This document shows positions 16,307 to 26,470 of a stretch of DNA of 64,000 nt, piece after piece. Source of the stretch: a virus; the IMG/VR virus record IMGVR_UViG_3300047560_000604, positions 69,467 to 133,466 of that record; one strand, given 5' to 3'. How positions within the stretch are numbered: the first letter of the stretch is position 1; each line of letters begins with the position of its first letter. The notes beneath the pieces were generated by a model. It worked only from the letters and a program-made list of their open reading frames with translations, searched no databases and had not been told where the DNA came from. The position numbers and the translations under genes are program-made.

Positions 16307-19156
16307 ATGTCCCAGCAATTTATTGATTTTGGTACTTTCCCTAATGATCCATCAGCGGATCCTATTAGAGCAGCGTTCCAGAAAATTCAAGATAACTTTA
16401 ACGAGTTGTATAGCACTACGCTAGTATCCGGTGTAAGTAACGTTTACGTAGGTCCCGGTCTAGCACAGAATGATAACAGCGGTAACATCTTTATTACTGC
16501 GAACATCCCATATATCAAAATGCAAACCGCTAATGGTTTGACAGTGGATCAAGGGTCATATAGTCCAACTAGCAACACTGCAAACGTTAGCGCAGCCGCA
16601 ACACCTTTTGTTGTCGGTTTGTCTAATGCAATTTCGGCTAATAACGCTAACTTTTCCGGAAACGTAAGAATTGGTAGCTTGATTGCAACTAACGTAGGCT
16701 CTGGACTAACACCCAACGCTAACGTATCATACGATCTGGGCACCCCATCTAGTCGTTGGAGAGATTTATACTTAAGCGGAAGTACGTTAGCGTTAGGTCC
16801 TCAAACAATCAGCGCAAACAGTGCTGGTGTTATTATTTCTAACTTAATTGTATCTACAAACATTTCAGTGGGTAATGTTACTTTAACAGGTACATTGACG
16901 ACTGCTAATATTTCTGCATCCGGTGTTGCTGCTGTCACTGGTACTGCAACAGTAGGTAATTTAACTACAGGTGGAAACATTGATGCTACTGGTTTGTTGA
17001 GTGTGGGTAGTAATGCATCTGTTGGCGGTAAACTAACAGTTACTGCCAATGCTAACGTAACAGGTAACGTAAACGTCACTGGTAACATTCGTTCTTCTGC
17101 TACTATATATGGTGAAATATCTGCTGGTAATATCGCAGCATCAGGTGATATAACTGGTACAGGTAACATTACTATTGGCGGAACTGCTACCATCACAGGA
17201 AATATTAGTGGTGCAAACTTACGTGCAGTAGGCGCAGCAAATATTACAGGTAACGCAAATGTAGGAGCTCATTTGACTGTTGTAGCAAATGCTACAGTCG
17301 GTGGATTGAGTGTCACATCGTATGTAAACACTGACTTGTTACCGTATGGTAACGAGACCCAAGATTTAGGATCCCCAACACATAGATGGCGAGATTTGTT
17401 CCTAAGTGGCAATTCGTTGAAATTGGGAACCTCTACTATCACATCTACTGGTGATGGTGGTATCGCAATTGACAGCGCAACAATCACCGGTAACTTAGAC
17501 GTAGGGAATGTCACTGCTACGTATGTTCAAGGAACATTGACTTCTTCTTCACAGCCAAATATCACTTCAGTGGGTATTTTAAGTAATCTTTCAGTTTCAG
17601 GGGATCTAAGTACAGGTAACATCTCGGTTGTAGGTGATTTAACTGCTGCAACTATGAATGTCACTGGCTCATTCAGTGCAACAACTATTACTGGTAACGT
17701 TGTAGTTCCCCCGGGTGGTGTAGTAGCTGCTCCAGGAAACACAACCCAACTATTATTCAATGATGACGGTAACACTGCTGCGGTTGCCGGCATGACATTT
17801 GATAAAGTTTCTAATCTATTAACTATTACAGGTAACGTATCAGGTGGTAATATCGTAACATCAGGCGCAGTAGCGGCTGGTACAGGTGATATCACTACAT
17901 TAAACTCTACAACTATCACTGCATCAGGTAATGTAACTGGTGCTAACTTGATTACTGCTGGTATCTTATCTGCATCAGGTAACGTATCAGGTGGCAACTT
18001 ATCTACTAGTGGATTCTTGCAAGTAACCGGTAATGCAAGTATGGGCAACATTACTGCTGTTAATTCTATTACCGGTAACGTTGTTTCTATCGCAGGCAAT
18101 ATTAGCGGTGCAAACCTAGTAGCAAGTGGAATACTAAAAGTAGATGGTAATGCTAACGTTGGCAATTTGACAACGAACGAAGTAATCTCTGTAAGTGTAA
18201 CATCAAGCGGAAACGTATCGGGTGGTAATTTAACTACTGGTGGATTGATCTCAGCTACAGGTACTGTAACTGGTGGCAATTTAGTAACCAGCGGTGTATT
18301 GACAGCTACTGGAAACATTACAGGTGGTAACATTACAACTGGCGGCGTGTTAAATGTAACTGGTAATGGTACATTTGGTAACGTATCAGGCGGAACATTC
18401 ACTGCTACATTGTTTAGTGGTAATGGTTCTAGCATCACTGGATTGAATATCTTAAATGCTAGTACAGTCGTGGCAGTTACAAGTGTAGCAGGTACTGGTT
18501 CTGTAGCAACATTAGGATTTAGTACACGCACTTTTGCACCATACTCAATTGGACAATCTATCACGATAGCAGGTGTCACACCTACTGGTTATAACGTAAC
18601 TGCAACTGTAATAACATGTTCTGCATCAACTGTGACATTCTCATGTACTGCAACTGGGTCTACTGGATTCGTTTCAGGTGTAGGTACTATTACTGGTGGA
18701 GCAAAGGCATCAGCGGCATTGCAAAGTGATACTGTAATATCAAGTAGTCAACCGAATATCACGAGTGTTGGTACGTTAACTGGACTAACATTGTCAGGTG
18801 GATTCACTGGTACTGATGTTACTTCAACTGGCTTCTTCTTAGCAAGTGTAGGTACTGGTGTCTCGGCAGCGGGTACTAATCAAGCCGGAGCGACACTATT
18901 GACTAAGCAGGTAAACGTGATTTCAACTGTTGCAACAGGTATCAATGATGGTATTAAGTTACCGGCCCCAACAATTGGTATGCAACTTATCATTGTTAAC
19001 ACAACTGCATTCCCAGTGAAGATTTACCCTTCAACTGGTGGAAATATTGATAGCTTGGCTACTAATGGATCATTCTCATTGGGTGCAGGCGCAAGATTGA
19101 TGATTGTTGCTGCTACTGTAACTCAGTGGTACACAATGGTCGGAGTTTATGGATAA
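16307..19156 (+). CDS. Tail fibre / baseplate-attached repeat protein
   Basis: N-terminal IDFG..PND..AD.IR.AF.KI..NFNELY anchor motif (gp9/gp10/fibre-type); many GN(V/I/L)xGGNxxTxG repeats. Confidence 0.75.
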   Translation: MSQQFIDFGTFPNDPSADPIRAAFQKIQDNFNELYSTTLVSGVSNVYVGPGLAQNDNSGNIFITANIPYIKMQTANGLTVDQGSYSPTSNTANVSAAATPFVVGLSNAISANNANFSGNVRIGSLIATNVGSGLTPNANVSYDLGTPSSRWRDLYLSGSTLALGPQTISANSAGVIISNLIVSTNISVGNVTLTGTLTTANISASGVAAVTGTATVGNLTTGGNIDATGLLSVGSNASVGGKLTVTANANVTGNVNVTGNIRSSATIYGEISAGNIAASGDITGTGNITIGGTATITGNISGANLRAVGAANITGNANVGAHLTVVANATVGGLSVTSYVNTDLLPYGNETQDLGSPTHRWRDLFLSGNSLKLGTSTITSTGDGGIAIDSATITGNLDVGNVTATYVQGTLTSSSQPNITSVGILSNLSVSGDLSTGNISVVGDLTAATMNVTGSFSATTITGNVVVPPGGVVAAPGNTTQLLFNDDGNTAAVAGMTFDKVSNLLTITGNVSGGNIVTSGAVAAGTGDITTLNSTTITASGNVTGANLITAGILSASGNVSGGNLSTSGFLQVTGNASMGNITAVNSITGNVVSIAGNISGANLVASGILKVDGNANVGNLTTNEVISVSVTSSGNVSGGNLTTGGLISATGTVTGGNLVTSGVLTATGNITGGNITTGGVLNVTGNGTFGNVSGGTFTATLFSGNGSSITGLNILNASTVVAVTSVAGTGSVATLGFSTRTFAPYSIGQSITIAGVTPTGYNVTATVITCSASTVTFSCTATGSTGFVSGVGTITGGAKASAALQSDTVISSSQPNITSVGTLTGLTLSGGFTGTDVTSTGFFLASVGTGVSAAGTNQAGATLLTKQVNVISTVATGINDGIKLPAPTIGMQLIIVNTTAFPVKIYPSTGGNIDSLATNGSFSLGAGARLMIVAATVTQWYTMVGVYG

Positions 19157-19166
19157 AGGAAATTAA

Positions 19167-19790
19167 ATGATAACAGTAGATATTTTACAACAACTATGCC
19201 CTAAGACAAAACGTAGTGTCTTAGAACTATACGCAGTTCCATTACATGAGGTAGCTGAGTATTATGACATGTACGATAATATGCATCGTGCAGCAGCTTT
19301 CATAGCGCAAACAGCACATGAGTCGGGTGGCTTTCAATTCGTGAAAGAGAACTTAAACTACAGTGCTAAAGGGTTAATGGGGACCTTTAAAAAATATTTC
19401 CCCACAGAGGATCTTGCTAAACAATATGAAAGAAAGCCTGAAAAAATTGCTAATCGTGTTTATGCTAATCGTATGGGGAATGGAAGCGAGGAGTCTGGTG
19501 ATGGATATCGTTTCTGTGGTCGCGGGCTTATCCAATTAACCGGTAAGAACAACTATACTAAATTTGCAGAAGACTTGGGAATATCAGTGGAAGAAACAGT
19601 AGCTTACTTAGAAACACCCGCTGGAGCAGTTAGCTCTGCCGGTTGGTTCTGGGATAATAACAATTTGAATCAATACTGTGACAAAGATGATTTTGTTACA
19701 TTGACAAAAAGAATCAACGGCGGTACGATTGGTTTAGAAGATAGACAACATCATTATCACTTAGCATTAGACTTATTGCAAGGTCATTAA
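19167..19790 (+). CDS. Glycoside hydrolase family 19 lysin (probable endolysin)
   Basis: AFIAQTAHESGGF..VKENLNYS, DGYRFCGRGLIQLTGKNNY, AGWFW, TKRINGG..GL.DR. Confidence 0.9.
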   Translation: MITVDILQQLCPKTKRSVLELYAVPLHEVAEYYDMYDNMHRAAAFIAQTAHESGGFQFVKENLNYSAKGLMGTFKKYFPTEDLAKQYERKPEKIANRVYANRMGNGSEESGDGYRFCGRGLIQLTGKNNYTKFAEDLGISVEETVAYLETPAGAVSSAGWFWDNNNLNQYCDKDDFVTLTKRINGGTIGLEDRQHHYHLALDLLQGH

Positions 19791-19791
19791 T

Positions 19792-21966
19792 ATGTCACAA
19801 CCAAATTGGATCACGCCAGCTGGCTCGTTGGGATTATTCCCATCTGGACTAGCATTTAATGTCTCGTTCTTAGCACAGCCAGTTTCTCCTGCAGCTACGG
19901 TAAACTACTTATTATTGAATGGTACTTTACCTGTGGGTATGGACAGTGATCCTGTTAAGTTTTCTAATTTGGGTGTATTGTCGGGTACTCCCCAAAACGT
20001 AGCAGTAGAAACAATTCATACGTTTACAATCCGTGCTGTGGATAACATGGGTGGAATCAAAGATAGAACATTCTCAATAAAAATATTTGGTTCTGAGTGG
20101 GTTCACATCGAAACACAACCAGGCGAAATCTTAAACATCATAGATAGTCAATATGTTGATTATACAATTAACGTAGCTAACCCTGTTATAGGTACTGATT
20201 ATAGAGTAACACTAAGTTCAGGCATTCTCCCACCGGGATTATTCATGGATACAACTGGTAGAATTACAGGATATCCTGAGCCACCTATATTGTTAAACGG
20301 GTCGCCAACTACAAAGACATATGAGTTTAGTGTGCAACTGACTAGTCACTTAGGTATAGATAATAAAATATACTCTATCACAGTGAGAAACTTTAGTTTA
20401 AATCACCCACCAAACACAAGAGTACCTGCAATTATTAACAACACACCGGTAGTACAGCCATTGGATCCTGAGGATCCATACTACGGATACTATTTACCAG
20501 AAGACAATATTATCCCTACAGTTCGTTCAGGTGAATACTTCTCGTTCAAAGTCATTGGGTATGATTTTGATAGAAATAGAATAACGTATCAGTACAGTAA
20601 ACTACCAACCGGCTTGACTGGAGATCCAAACACGGGATGGATTACGGGAACCCCTATTCTTCCTCCTGATAGTATTGCTAAATTTGATATAGCAGTGACA
20701 GTATCAAAGGCTATGAATACTAGTATCGTTAGCAGCCCTGAAGTATTTCAAATGACAATCACAAACGGTATAACCGAAGACATTGTTTGGAATACAGTCG
20801 CTAATTTAGGCACAGTAAATAACGGATCGATAAGTGAATTGTTCGTTAAAGCGACTTCTGCACAGACTATTGAATACAGATTATTAGATGGAGCTTTGCC
20901 ACCTAACTTAGAACTACTATCTAATGGACAGATTGTAGGTAGAATTCCTAACCAACCAGACGTGAATGGTTTGTTGAAAGAAGGAACATCATCAACTTAC
21001 ACTTTTACTATTAGAGCATATAATCCTATATACCCGGTGGTAAGTAATGATAGAACGTTTACATTAACAATCTATCAAAAATACAAAGTACCTACAGAAA
21101 ATCTGTACTTCAAAGCTACACCTAATGTTAAGGGAAGAACTATAATTCAATCTTTGCTCACTGATGATACATTGATACCTACTGAGTATCTATACAGAGC
21201 AGAAGATCCTTACTTCGGTAAAGCAACAGATGTTAGATATGTACATATCTATGGTATGGAACCTTATAACTTGTCAACGTACATCGAAGCGGTTGGTACT
21301 AGTCATTACAACCGAAAAGTTGTATTGGGTGAAATTAAAACTGCTGTAGCAAGAGATAGTAATGGCAACATCTTGTATGAAGTAGTATATGCTGACATAG
21401 TAGACGATTTGATAAATGCAAACGGAGTCTCAATTCCGCAGGAAATTATTTGGCCAAGAAGAATCCCATTAGACTTGGGTCCTTACTTTGTAACCAATAA
21501 TCAACTCTTTGTATCATCGGGTACTATATATGATAGTTTCACTGGTGGATTTGTTAGAAACTTAAATCCAGCTAGTACTACAAACATGCGTACTGAATTA
21601 ACCGATAGACTTGTTCAAAATCAAAGTCAAGACATACTACCATTATGGATGACAAGTCAGCAAATAAACGGTAACACATTGGGTTACGTACAAGCGTGGG
21701 TCATTGCATATACATTGCCAGGATACGCTGAGACTATTAAAGACAACATTAACAATAACTGGGAGTATACTTTAAATCTAATAGATTTTTCTATAGACAG
21801 ATTCAACGTAGACCGTAGCGGTACGTTTGACTATAACACGAATCTCTATTCTGGTGCATGGACTAACTTACCTAGTGCAACCCCCACACCAGACCCGATG
21901 GATCAATACGACATTCCTGTACTGTTCCCTAGAAAAACTATTTTACCTAAGACAGTAGACTACTAA
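19792..21966 (+). CDS. Virion protein with repeated putative Ig (He_PIG-like) domains, baseplate-associated
   Basis: Repeated G.LP.G..L...G.I.G.P units; WxT..G.LG motifs; position in the structural block. Confidence 0.65.
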   Translation: MSQPNWITPAGSLGLFPSGLAFNVSFLAQPVSPAATVNYLLLNGTLPVGMDSDPVKFSNLGVLSGTPQNVAVETIHTFTIRAVDNMGGIKDRTFSIKIFGSEWVHIETQPGEILNIIDSQYVDYTINVANPVIGTDYRVTLSSGILPPGLFMDTTGRITGYPEPPILLNGSPTTKTYEFSVQLTSHLGIDNKIYSITVRNFSLNHPPNTRVPAIINNTPVVQPLDPEDPYYGYYLPEDNIIPTVRSGEYFSFKVIGYDFDRNRITYQYSKLPTGLTGDPNTGWITGTPILPPDSIAKFDIAVTVSKAMNTSIVSSPEVFQMTITNGITEDIVWNTVANLGTVNNGSISELFVKATSAQTIEYRLLDGALPPNLELLSNGQIVGRIPNQPDVNGLLKEGTSSTYTFTIRAYNPIYPVVSNDRTFTLTIYQKYKVPTENLYFKATPNVKGRTIIQSLLTDDTLIPTEYLYRAEDPYFGKATDVRYVHIYGMEPYNLSTYIEAVGTSHYNRKVVLGEIKTAVARDSNGNILYEVVYADIVDDLINANGVSIPQEIIWPRRIPLDLGPYFVTNNQLFVSSGTIYDSFTGGFVRNLNPASTTNMRTELTDRLVQNQSQDILPLWMTSQQINGNTLGYVQAWVIAYTLPGYAETIKDNINNNWEYTLNLIDFSIDRFNVDRSGTFDYNTNLYSGAWTNLPSATPTPDPMDQYDIPVLFPRKTILPKTVDY

Positions 21967-21986
21967 ATATATAACGGAATAACATT

Positions 21987-22790
21987 ATGAGCAACATAAA
22001 CACAAACGCAATCGACACGACTTACCCTACTCCAGGTGTGAACAATAGCACACAGGGATTTAGAGACAATTTTACTAGTATTAAGCAAAATTTAAATGCT
22101 GCTGGTACTGAAATTTCAGATATCCAAAGCAAAGCAATAGTTAAGTCAGCATTGACCGGCACGTCACTTAACAATGATATGGCTAACACTTTGCTTAGTA
22201 ATGCAGCGATACAAGGATTTCGTGCCAAGACGTACAATTTAGGATCAAACTTAGCTGAGACTGTATTAGTAAACGTAAGCAAGGCTGATGTTCAATATGG
22301 TACTATTACTCAGAATACGGCTATTACTTTTGCTGCTTGGCCACCTAGTGGAACTCAAGCTAATGTTCAATTGATTTTGACTGTGGCAAATTCATCTGCT
22401 TATATTACATTCCCTACAACAACTGTTAACTCAAGCGGTAACATTGTAACTGGTATGAACCCTAGTGCTAGATTATTAGAAAACTATTCTAGCAACGGAG
22501 CCATTGTTGCTGATACTACCTACACTAATATGGTTAGTATTCCTAGCGGCGTCACGGAACTTCACTATAATTTCTCTACTATTGATTGCGGTGCAACTCT
22601 AGACGTAGAACCTACAAATAGAAACCAAAAAGCTGACCAAATTACTACTAGAACACCTACACGTACTGGCTTGCGCGGCGACATGCCCGGACATGTGTGT
22701 GCAGATGGTAGCTATATGTATGTTTGTGTGGGCACATATGATGGTACGACTACTATTTGGGGTAAAGTGGCATTAACCGCTGTCAGTTAA
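21987..22790 (+). CDS. Hypothetical virion structural protein
   Basis: TAAATA at 21964-21969; Thr/Asn/Ser-rich; C-terminal DGSYMYVCVG...WGKVAL fibre-like motif. Confidence 0.7.
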   Translation: MSNINTNAIDTTYPTPGVNNSTQGFRDNFTSIKQNLNAAGTEISDIQSKAIVKSALTGTSLNNDMANTLLSNAAIQGFRAKTYNLGSNLAETVLVNVSKADVQYGTITQNTAITFAAWPPSGTQANVQLILTVANSSAYITFPTTTVNSSGNIVTGMNPSARLLENYSSNGAIVADTTYTNMVSIPSGVTELHYNFSTIDCGATLDVEPTNRNQKADQITTRTPTRTGLRGDMPGHVCADGSYMYVCVGTYDGTTTIWGKVALTAVS

Positions 22791-22824
22791 TTTTTCACTA
22801 CGTTCAGATACATTAAATATCTGA

Positions 22825-23058
22825 ATGCAACATCCTTTCATCACAGACCTAAGCGACAAGTCTATGGAAGACTTGGTAACCATAATGGGTGACTTAACCA
22901 AAAAACTTAATTTTGCATATAGAATGCAAAATTCTGCCATGGTTGGTCAACTGCATATGATTATGGAAAGTTACAAGAACGAGTACAACAAACGCATGGA
23001 CGCTCTCTATAAGAAACAAAATCTAAACAACAGTATTAACATACAGGATAACAAATGA
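22825..23058 (+). CDS. Hypothetical protein (77 aa)
   Basis: TAAATA at 22814-22819, 5 nt before ATG; ATGA overlap with next gene. Confidence 0.7.
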   Translation: MQHPFITDLSDKSMEDLVTIMGDLTKKLNFAYRMQNSAMVGQLHMIMESYKNEYNKRMDALYKKQNLNNSINIQDNK

Positions 23059-23660
23059 CAGCAAGAATTAGTAGAAATTTTGAATTTATGGCTGGAGTAA
23101 CATTCGATAACGAGTTCTATATGAACAGTTATGATGTAACAACTACATTTACAGTAGAAACAGATTCAATCGAGGAACAAAACATTGCCCTTGAACGAAT
23201 CAAATACTTATTGAACGAAGCACTAGAGCATTCTGTATTCTTACGTGACACTGATACTGAGGGTTTTGATAGGTTTACTGATGCAGGCATTAAAGTATGT
23301 ACATTACCCGAAGATCCTTATGACCAAATCATCGGTATCATGTTGTTAGTAAAGATGAATGCTATATCTGAAGGTAGATTAGTAGCTAGTGATATCGAGA
23401 TTACTTCACGCATGAGTGATGGTGTATATTGTATGCACTCTATCGAAGAAAATATCGGCCCATTCAACAACAAGGGATGGTGGAACGATACTACTCCTAA
23501 AATCAATTCTATCGCACCAAAGTCTAGGGGTAAAAAGGTTGTTAAGCTAACCAAAACACCAAGTGCTTGGGATGAGTTGTCATTGGGTTGGGTTACTAAA
23601 CCGATCGAACGCATAACAAATGAAGTTGTGTTTGCTAGTTTTGACAAATTGGACAAATAA
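23055..23660 (+). CDS. Hypothetical protein (201 aa)
   Basis: ORF coupled to the upstream gene. Confidence 0.8.
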   Translation: MTARISRNFEFMAGVTFDNEFYMNSYDVTTTFTVETDSIEEQNIALERIKYLLNEALEHSVFLRDTDTEGFDRFTDAGIKVCTLPEDPYDQIIGIMLLVKMNAISEGRLVASDIEITSRMSDGVYCMHSIEENIGPFNNKGWWNDTTPKINSIAPKSRGKKVVKLTKTPSAWDELSLGWVTKPIERITNEVVFASFDKLDK

Positions 23661-23663
23661 GTG

Positions 23664-23692
23664 TTGCATTACATCTGATGTTGTGTTATCAT
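23664..23692 (+). promoter_or_regulatory. sigma70-type promoter, probably leaderless
   Basis: TTGCAT, 17 nt, TATCAT; ATG 23699 is 6 nt after the -10. Confidence 0.65.
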
Positions 23693-23698
23693 TGATAG

Positions 23699-24208
23699 AT
23701 GCAAACTGATATTTACGGCAGACAGATTTTAAATGAAGATGATTTGTGCAACCTTTTCTTACAAGACCCTACACGAATCATCAAACGTGCCTACGTAGAC
23801 AAACAAATCAACTTTAATGATGCAATCGTTAACGTTGACAACGTTCCCAAACTTGAAGTGTACCAAGAACTGGATCTAACACTTGACCAATTCGATAAAC
23901 ATCAGCAGAACAAATGGTTAATGCCCACTGAGTACGCTGAATTGGATATTGCCAAATACTTACTAGACTTGTGTACTACGGATCACGAATTACAGCGTGT
24001 GGGTGAAGAATTGTTATTGTTTCAAGAACGAGACATGTTCCCATTACTCTGTTACTGTAAGTACTTAGTTGATACAATGCGTACTAACAAGGTAATCTGG
24101 GGAGTAGGTAGAGGCTCTAGTGTGTCTAGTTACGTTCTATACCTGATTGGAGTACACCGTATAAATAGTTTGCATTATGACTTGTCAATAGACGAGTTTC
24201 TAAAATAG
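23699..24208 (+). CDS. Stand-alone fragment homologous to DNA polymerase III alpha (DnaE) N-terminal palm region
   Basis: WGVGRGSSVSSYVLYLIGVHRINSLHYDL aligns by eye with DnaE GRGSAAGSLVAY.LGIT..DP; protein ends before the catalytic PDxD. Confidence 0.75.
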   Translation: MQTDIYGRQILNEDDLCNLFLQDPTRIIKRAYVDKQINFNDAIVNVDNVPKLEVYQELDLTLDQFDKHQQNKWLMPTEYAELDIAKYLLDLCTTDHELQRVGEELLLFQERDMFPLLCYCKYLVDTMRTNKVIWGVGRGSSVSSYVLYLIGVHRINSLHYDLSIDEFLK

Positions 24209-24217
24209 GAGAAAAAA

Positions 24218-24532
24218 ATGGCAATACAAAGAACTGCACAGGGAAAAATGGTAGATATGTCACAATTGGCTGCACGTAACGAAAAGGTTAGAGCAGTGGG
24301 TAACATGAACGTTAACGCTAGAGGTGACGTAGTTGATAGTCATAACAAAGTTATCACGGATAACACTAAACGAGTAAAGCCTAGCTATCAAAACGTAGTC
24401 AGTAAACCAGCAACTCAACAAGCCCCGGCGCCAGTGAAGCCAACACAACCAACAATTCAACCAGACGAACCCGTTGAATTGACCAAAGAAGAACAAGAAC
24501 TTTTTGATGATGACGAGGATATTGTCAAGTGA
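24218..24532 (+). CDS. Hypothetical protein (104 aa)
   Basis: AGGAGA RBS. Confidence 0.8.
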   Translation: MAIQRTAQGKMVDMSQLAARNEKVRAVGNMNVNARGDVVDSHNKVITDNTKRVKPSYQNVVSKPATQQAPAPVKPTQPTIQPDEPVELTKEEQELFDDDEDIVK

Positions 24533-24909
24533 TTGAAGAAAAGAAACTATCTTTTGAACCTCACAGGTTCAACAAAGACCAATTCAAAGCAATTGGAGAC
24601 CATGTTATCGTGTGTGATATGGATTTCGAAGAACGTATTACTCACAGTGGTATCGTATTGCCAAATGACGATATGAAGTCGGCAGGTATTCGCCCACGAT
24701 GGGCAAGAATCTATGCTGTTGGGCCTGACCAGAAAGACCCTGAACTAGTTGTAGGCAAGTGGATTTGGATTAGTCATGGTCGTTGGACTCGCGGTGTTAA
24801 TATTGAAGATGAAGAGGGTAAAAAGACCATACGCAGAGTAGATAATAATGATATACTACTTGCATCAGATGAACCTGTACACGATATGACATGGAGTGAT
24901 AAGATATAA
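24529..24909 (+). CDS. groES: GroES-like co-chaperonin
   Basis: AIGDHVIV...ERITHSGIVL...ARIYAVGP..., D.DILL pattern of Cpn10; GTG start. Confidence 0.75.
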   Translation: MIEEKKLSFEPHRFNKDQFKAIGDHVIVCDMDFEERITHSGIVLPNDDMKSAGIRPRWARIYAVGPDQKDPELVVGKWIWISHGRWTRGVNIEDEEGKKTIRRVDNNDILLASDEPVHDMTWSDKI

Positions 24910-25268
24910 TGAAATGGTTTTTCAAGTGGTTGCGTAATGGCATCAATACAGTTGATAAAGAGGATAGAGAAGCTGAACAAAGAGCAGTCGAAACTATCAC
25001 AATGCCCAAGATTAATATTGGATTAAAGACATATAAAAATAGAAACGCTATTGCAGGTGCGACAGCATCAAGCGATGGGCACATCCATTTAAGTCAATCA
25101 CCTATGAACTTTAGAATCTACCCAGCAACGGGTGGACATATCGTTGAGTATAGCTATTACAACGAACGTAAAGATACAAATGACCAAGCACTACATTTAA
25201 TACCCAGTGATCTTGACTTAGGCACAGAACTTGCTAAAATTATGACTTTAGAGGCATTGAAACGATGA
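24909..25268 (+). CDS. Hypothetical protein (119 aa)
   Basis: Translationally coupled ORF. Confidence 0.75.
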   Translation: MKWFFKWLRNGINTVDKEDREAEQRAVETITMPKINIGLKTYKNRNAIAGATASSDGHIHLSQSPMNFRIYPATGGHIVEYSYYNERKDTNDQALHLIPSDLDLGTELAKIMTLEALKR

Positions 25269-26188
25269 GAAATAATTTATGGGTTGAAAAATATCGCCCG
25301 AACTCAACATCTGATTATGTATTTGTTGACGACAGACAAAAGCAACAGGTAGAAGGCTGGATTCAGTCTGGAACTATCCCTCACTTGTTGTTATCAGGTG
25401 ATGCAGGCACAGGTAAGACTACTTTAGCTAAAGTTCTCATCCATGAACTTGGTATTGAAGAATACGATGTTATGGAAATCAACGCAAGTCGTGAGGGGCG
25501 CATTGAAGATGTGCGTGAGAAAATTAATGGCTTTGTATCAACGATGCCATTCGGTAAGTTCAAAGTCTTATTGTTAGACGAAGCCGACTATCTATCACGT
25601 GATGCACAGGCTGCGTTGCGTAATGATATGGAAGCATACGCTGATACAGTTCGTTATATTCTAACATGTAACTATATTCACAAGATTATTCCAGCGTTGA
25701 AGTCTCGTTGTCACGAATTTCACATTGCTAAGCCAGACGTGAATGATTTCTTGATTCGAGTAGCCACTGTATTATCAACAGAAGGGATCGAAGCAGACCC
25801 AGATACATTAGATAGCTATGTTCGTGCTACGTATCCTGACTTGCGTAAGTGTTTGAATCAAGTTCAAGTAAATAGTAGTACAGGTAAATTGTTACCACCT
25901 GTCAGTCAGGGCAACGGTGAAGAAGAATTATTAATCGAAGCCGCAACTTTGTTCAAACAAGGTAAGATTACTGAAGGTCGTCAGCAGTTACTACAATTCT
26001 TGGGACTATATCCAACACGCATTGAAGAAGTGTATCGTTGGATGTATAACAACTTAGATTTGTGGGGCAAAGACAATGAACGCAAGGATGCAGCAATCAT
26101 TATTATTCGTAATGGTCTAGCAAACTTGAGTCTTGTTGGAATCCCAGAGATTTGCCTAGCGGCAACTATCATTGAATTAACAGGATAA
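25265..26188 (+). CDS. gp44: Clamp loader AAA+ subunit (T4 gp44 / RFC-like)
   Basis: LWVEKYRP, Walker A GDAGTGKT, NAS, Walker B LLDEAD, SRC motif, PDLRK. Confidence 0.92.
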   Translation: MRNNLWVEKYRPNSTSDYVFVDDRQKQQVEGWIQSGTIPHLLLSGDAGTGKTTLAKVLIHELGIEEYDVMEINASREGRIEDVREKINGFVSTMPFGKFKVLLLDEADYLSRDAQAALRNDMEAYADTVRYILTCNYIHKIIPALKSRCHEFHIAKPDVNDFLIRVATVLSTEGIEADPDTLDSYVRATYPDLRKCLNQVQVNSSTGKLLPPVSQGNGEEELLIEAATLFKQGKITEGRQQLLQFLGLYPTRIEEVYRWMYNNLDLWGKDNERKDAAIIIIRNGLANLSLVGIPEICLAATIIELTG

Positions 26189-26191
26189 AAT

Positions 26192-26446
26192 ATGAGATAC
26201 TTACTAATTACGTACTTACGTAAACCAAACGGACAAATTGATGAACAAGTGGAACTTTCACGCAATGTAAAGCCTAAAGACCATCAAGTTTGCAACGCCA
26301 TCTTAGACTTTAAGGATAAAAAGGTTCTTAAGTGTGTGATTGAAGGTAAAGCAATGGAGACAGACTGGGATCAGTTGTCTGGTTATTACAAACAAGTCTA
26401 TCCATCAGTGATAGAAAGACTAGAAAAAGAAGCTAGTGAAGAATGA
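26192..26446 (+). CDS. Hypothetical protein (84 aa)
   Basis: AGGA RBS; ends at a terminator. Confidence 0.75.
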   Translation: MRYLLITYLRKPNGQIDEQVELSRNVKPKDHQVCNAILDFKDKKVLKCVIEGKAMETDWDQLSGYYKQVYPSVIERLEKEASEE

Positions 26447-26470
26447 AAAAGGGGCGTTAAGCCCCTTTTC
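26446..26470. terminator. Bidirectional intrinsic terminator
   Basis: AAAAAGGGGC-GTTAA-GCCCCTTTT between convergent genes. Confidence 0.85.

Noticed and set aside
16549-18579. Long antisense ORFs (131-350 aa) opposite the fibre gene
   Set aside because: Shadow frames of a repetitive Gly/Asn/Thr/Val gene; no RBS or promoter, and the translation mirrors the sense-strand codon bias.
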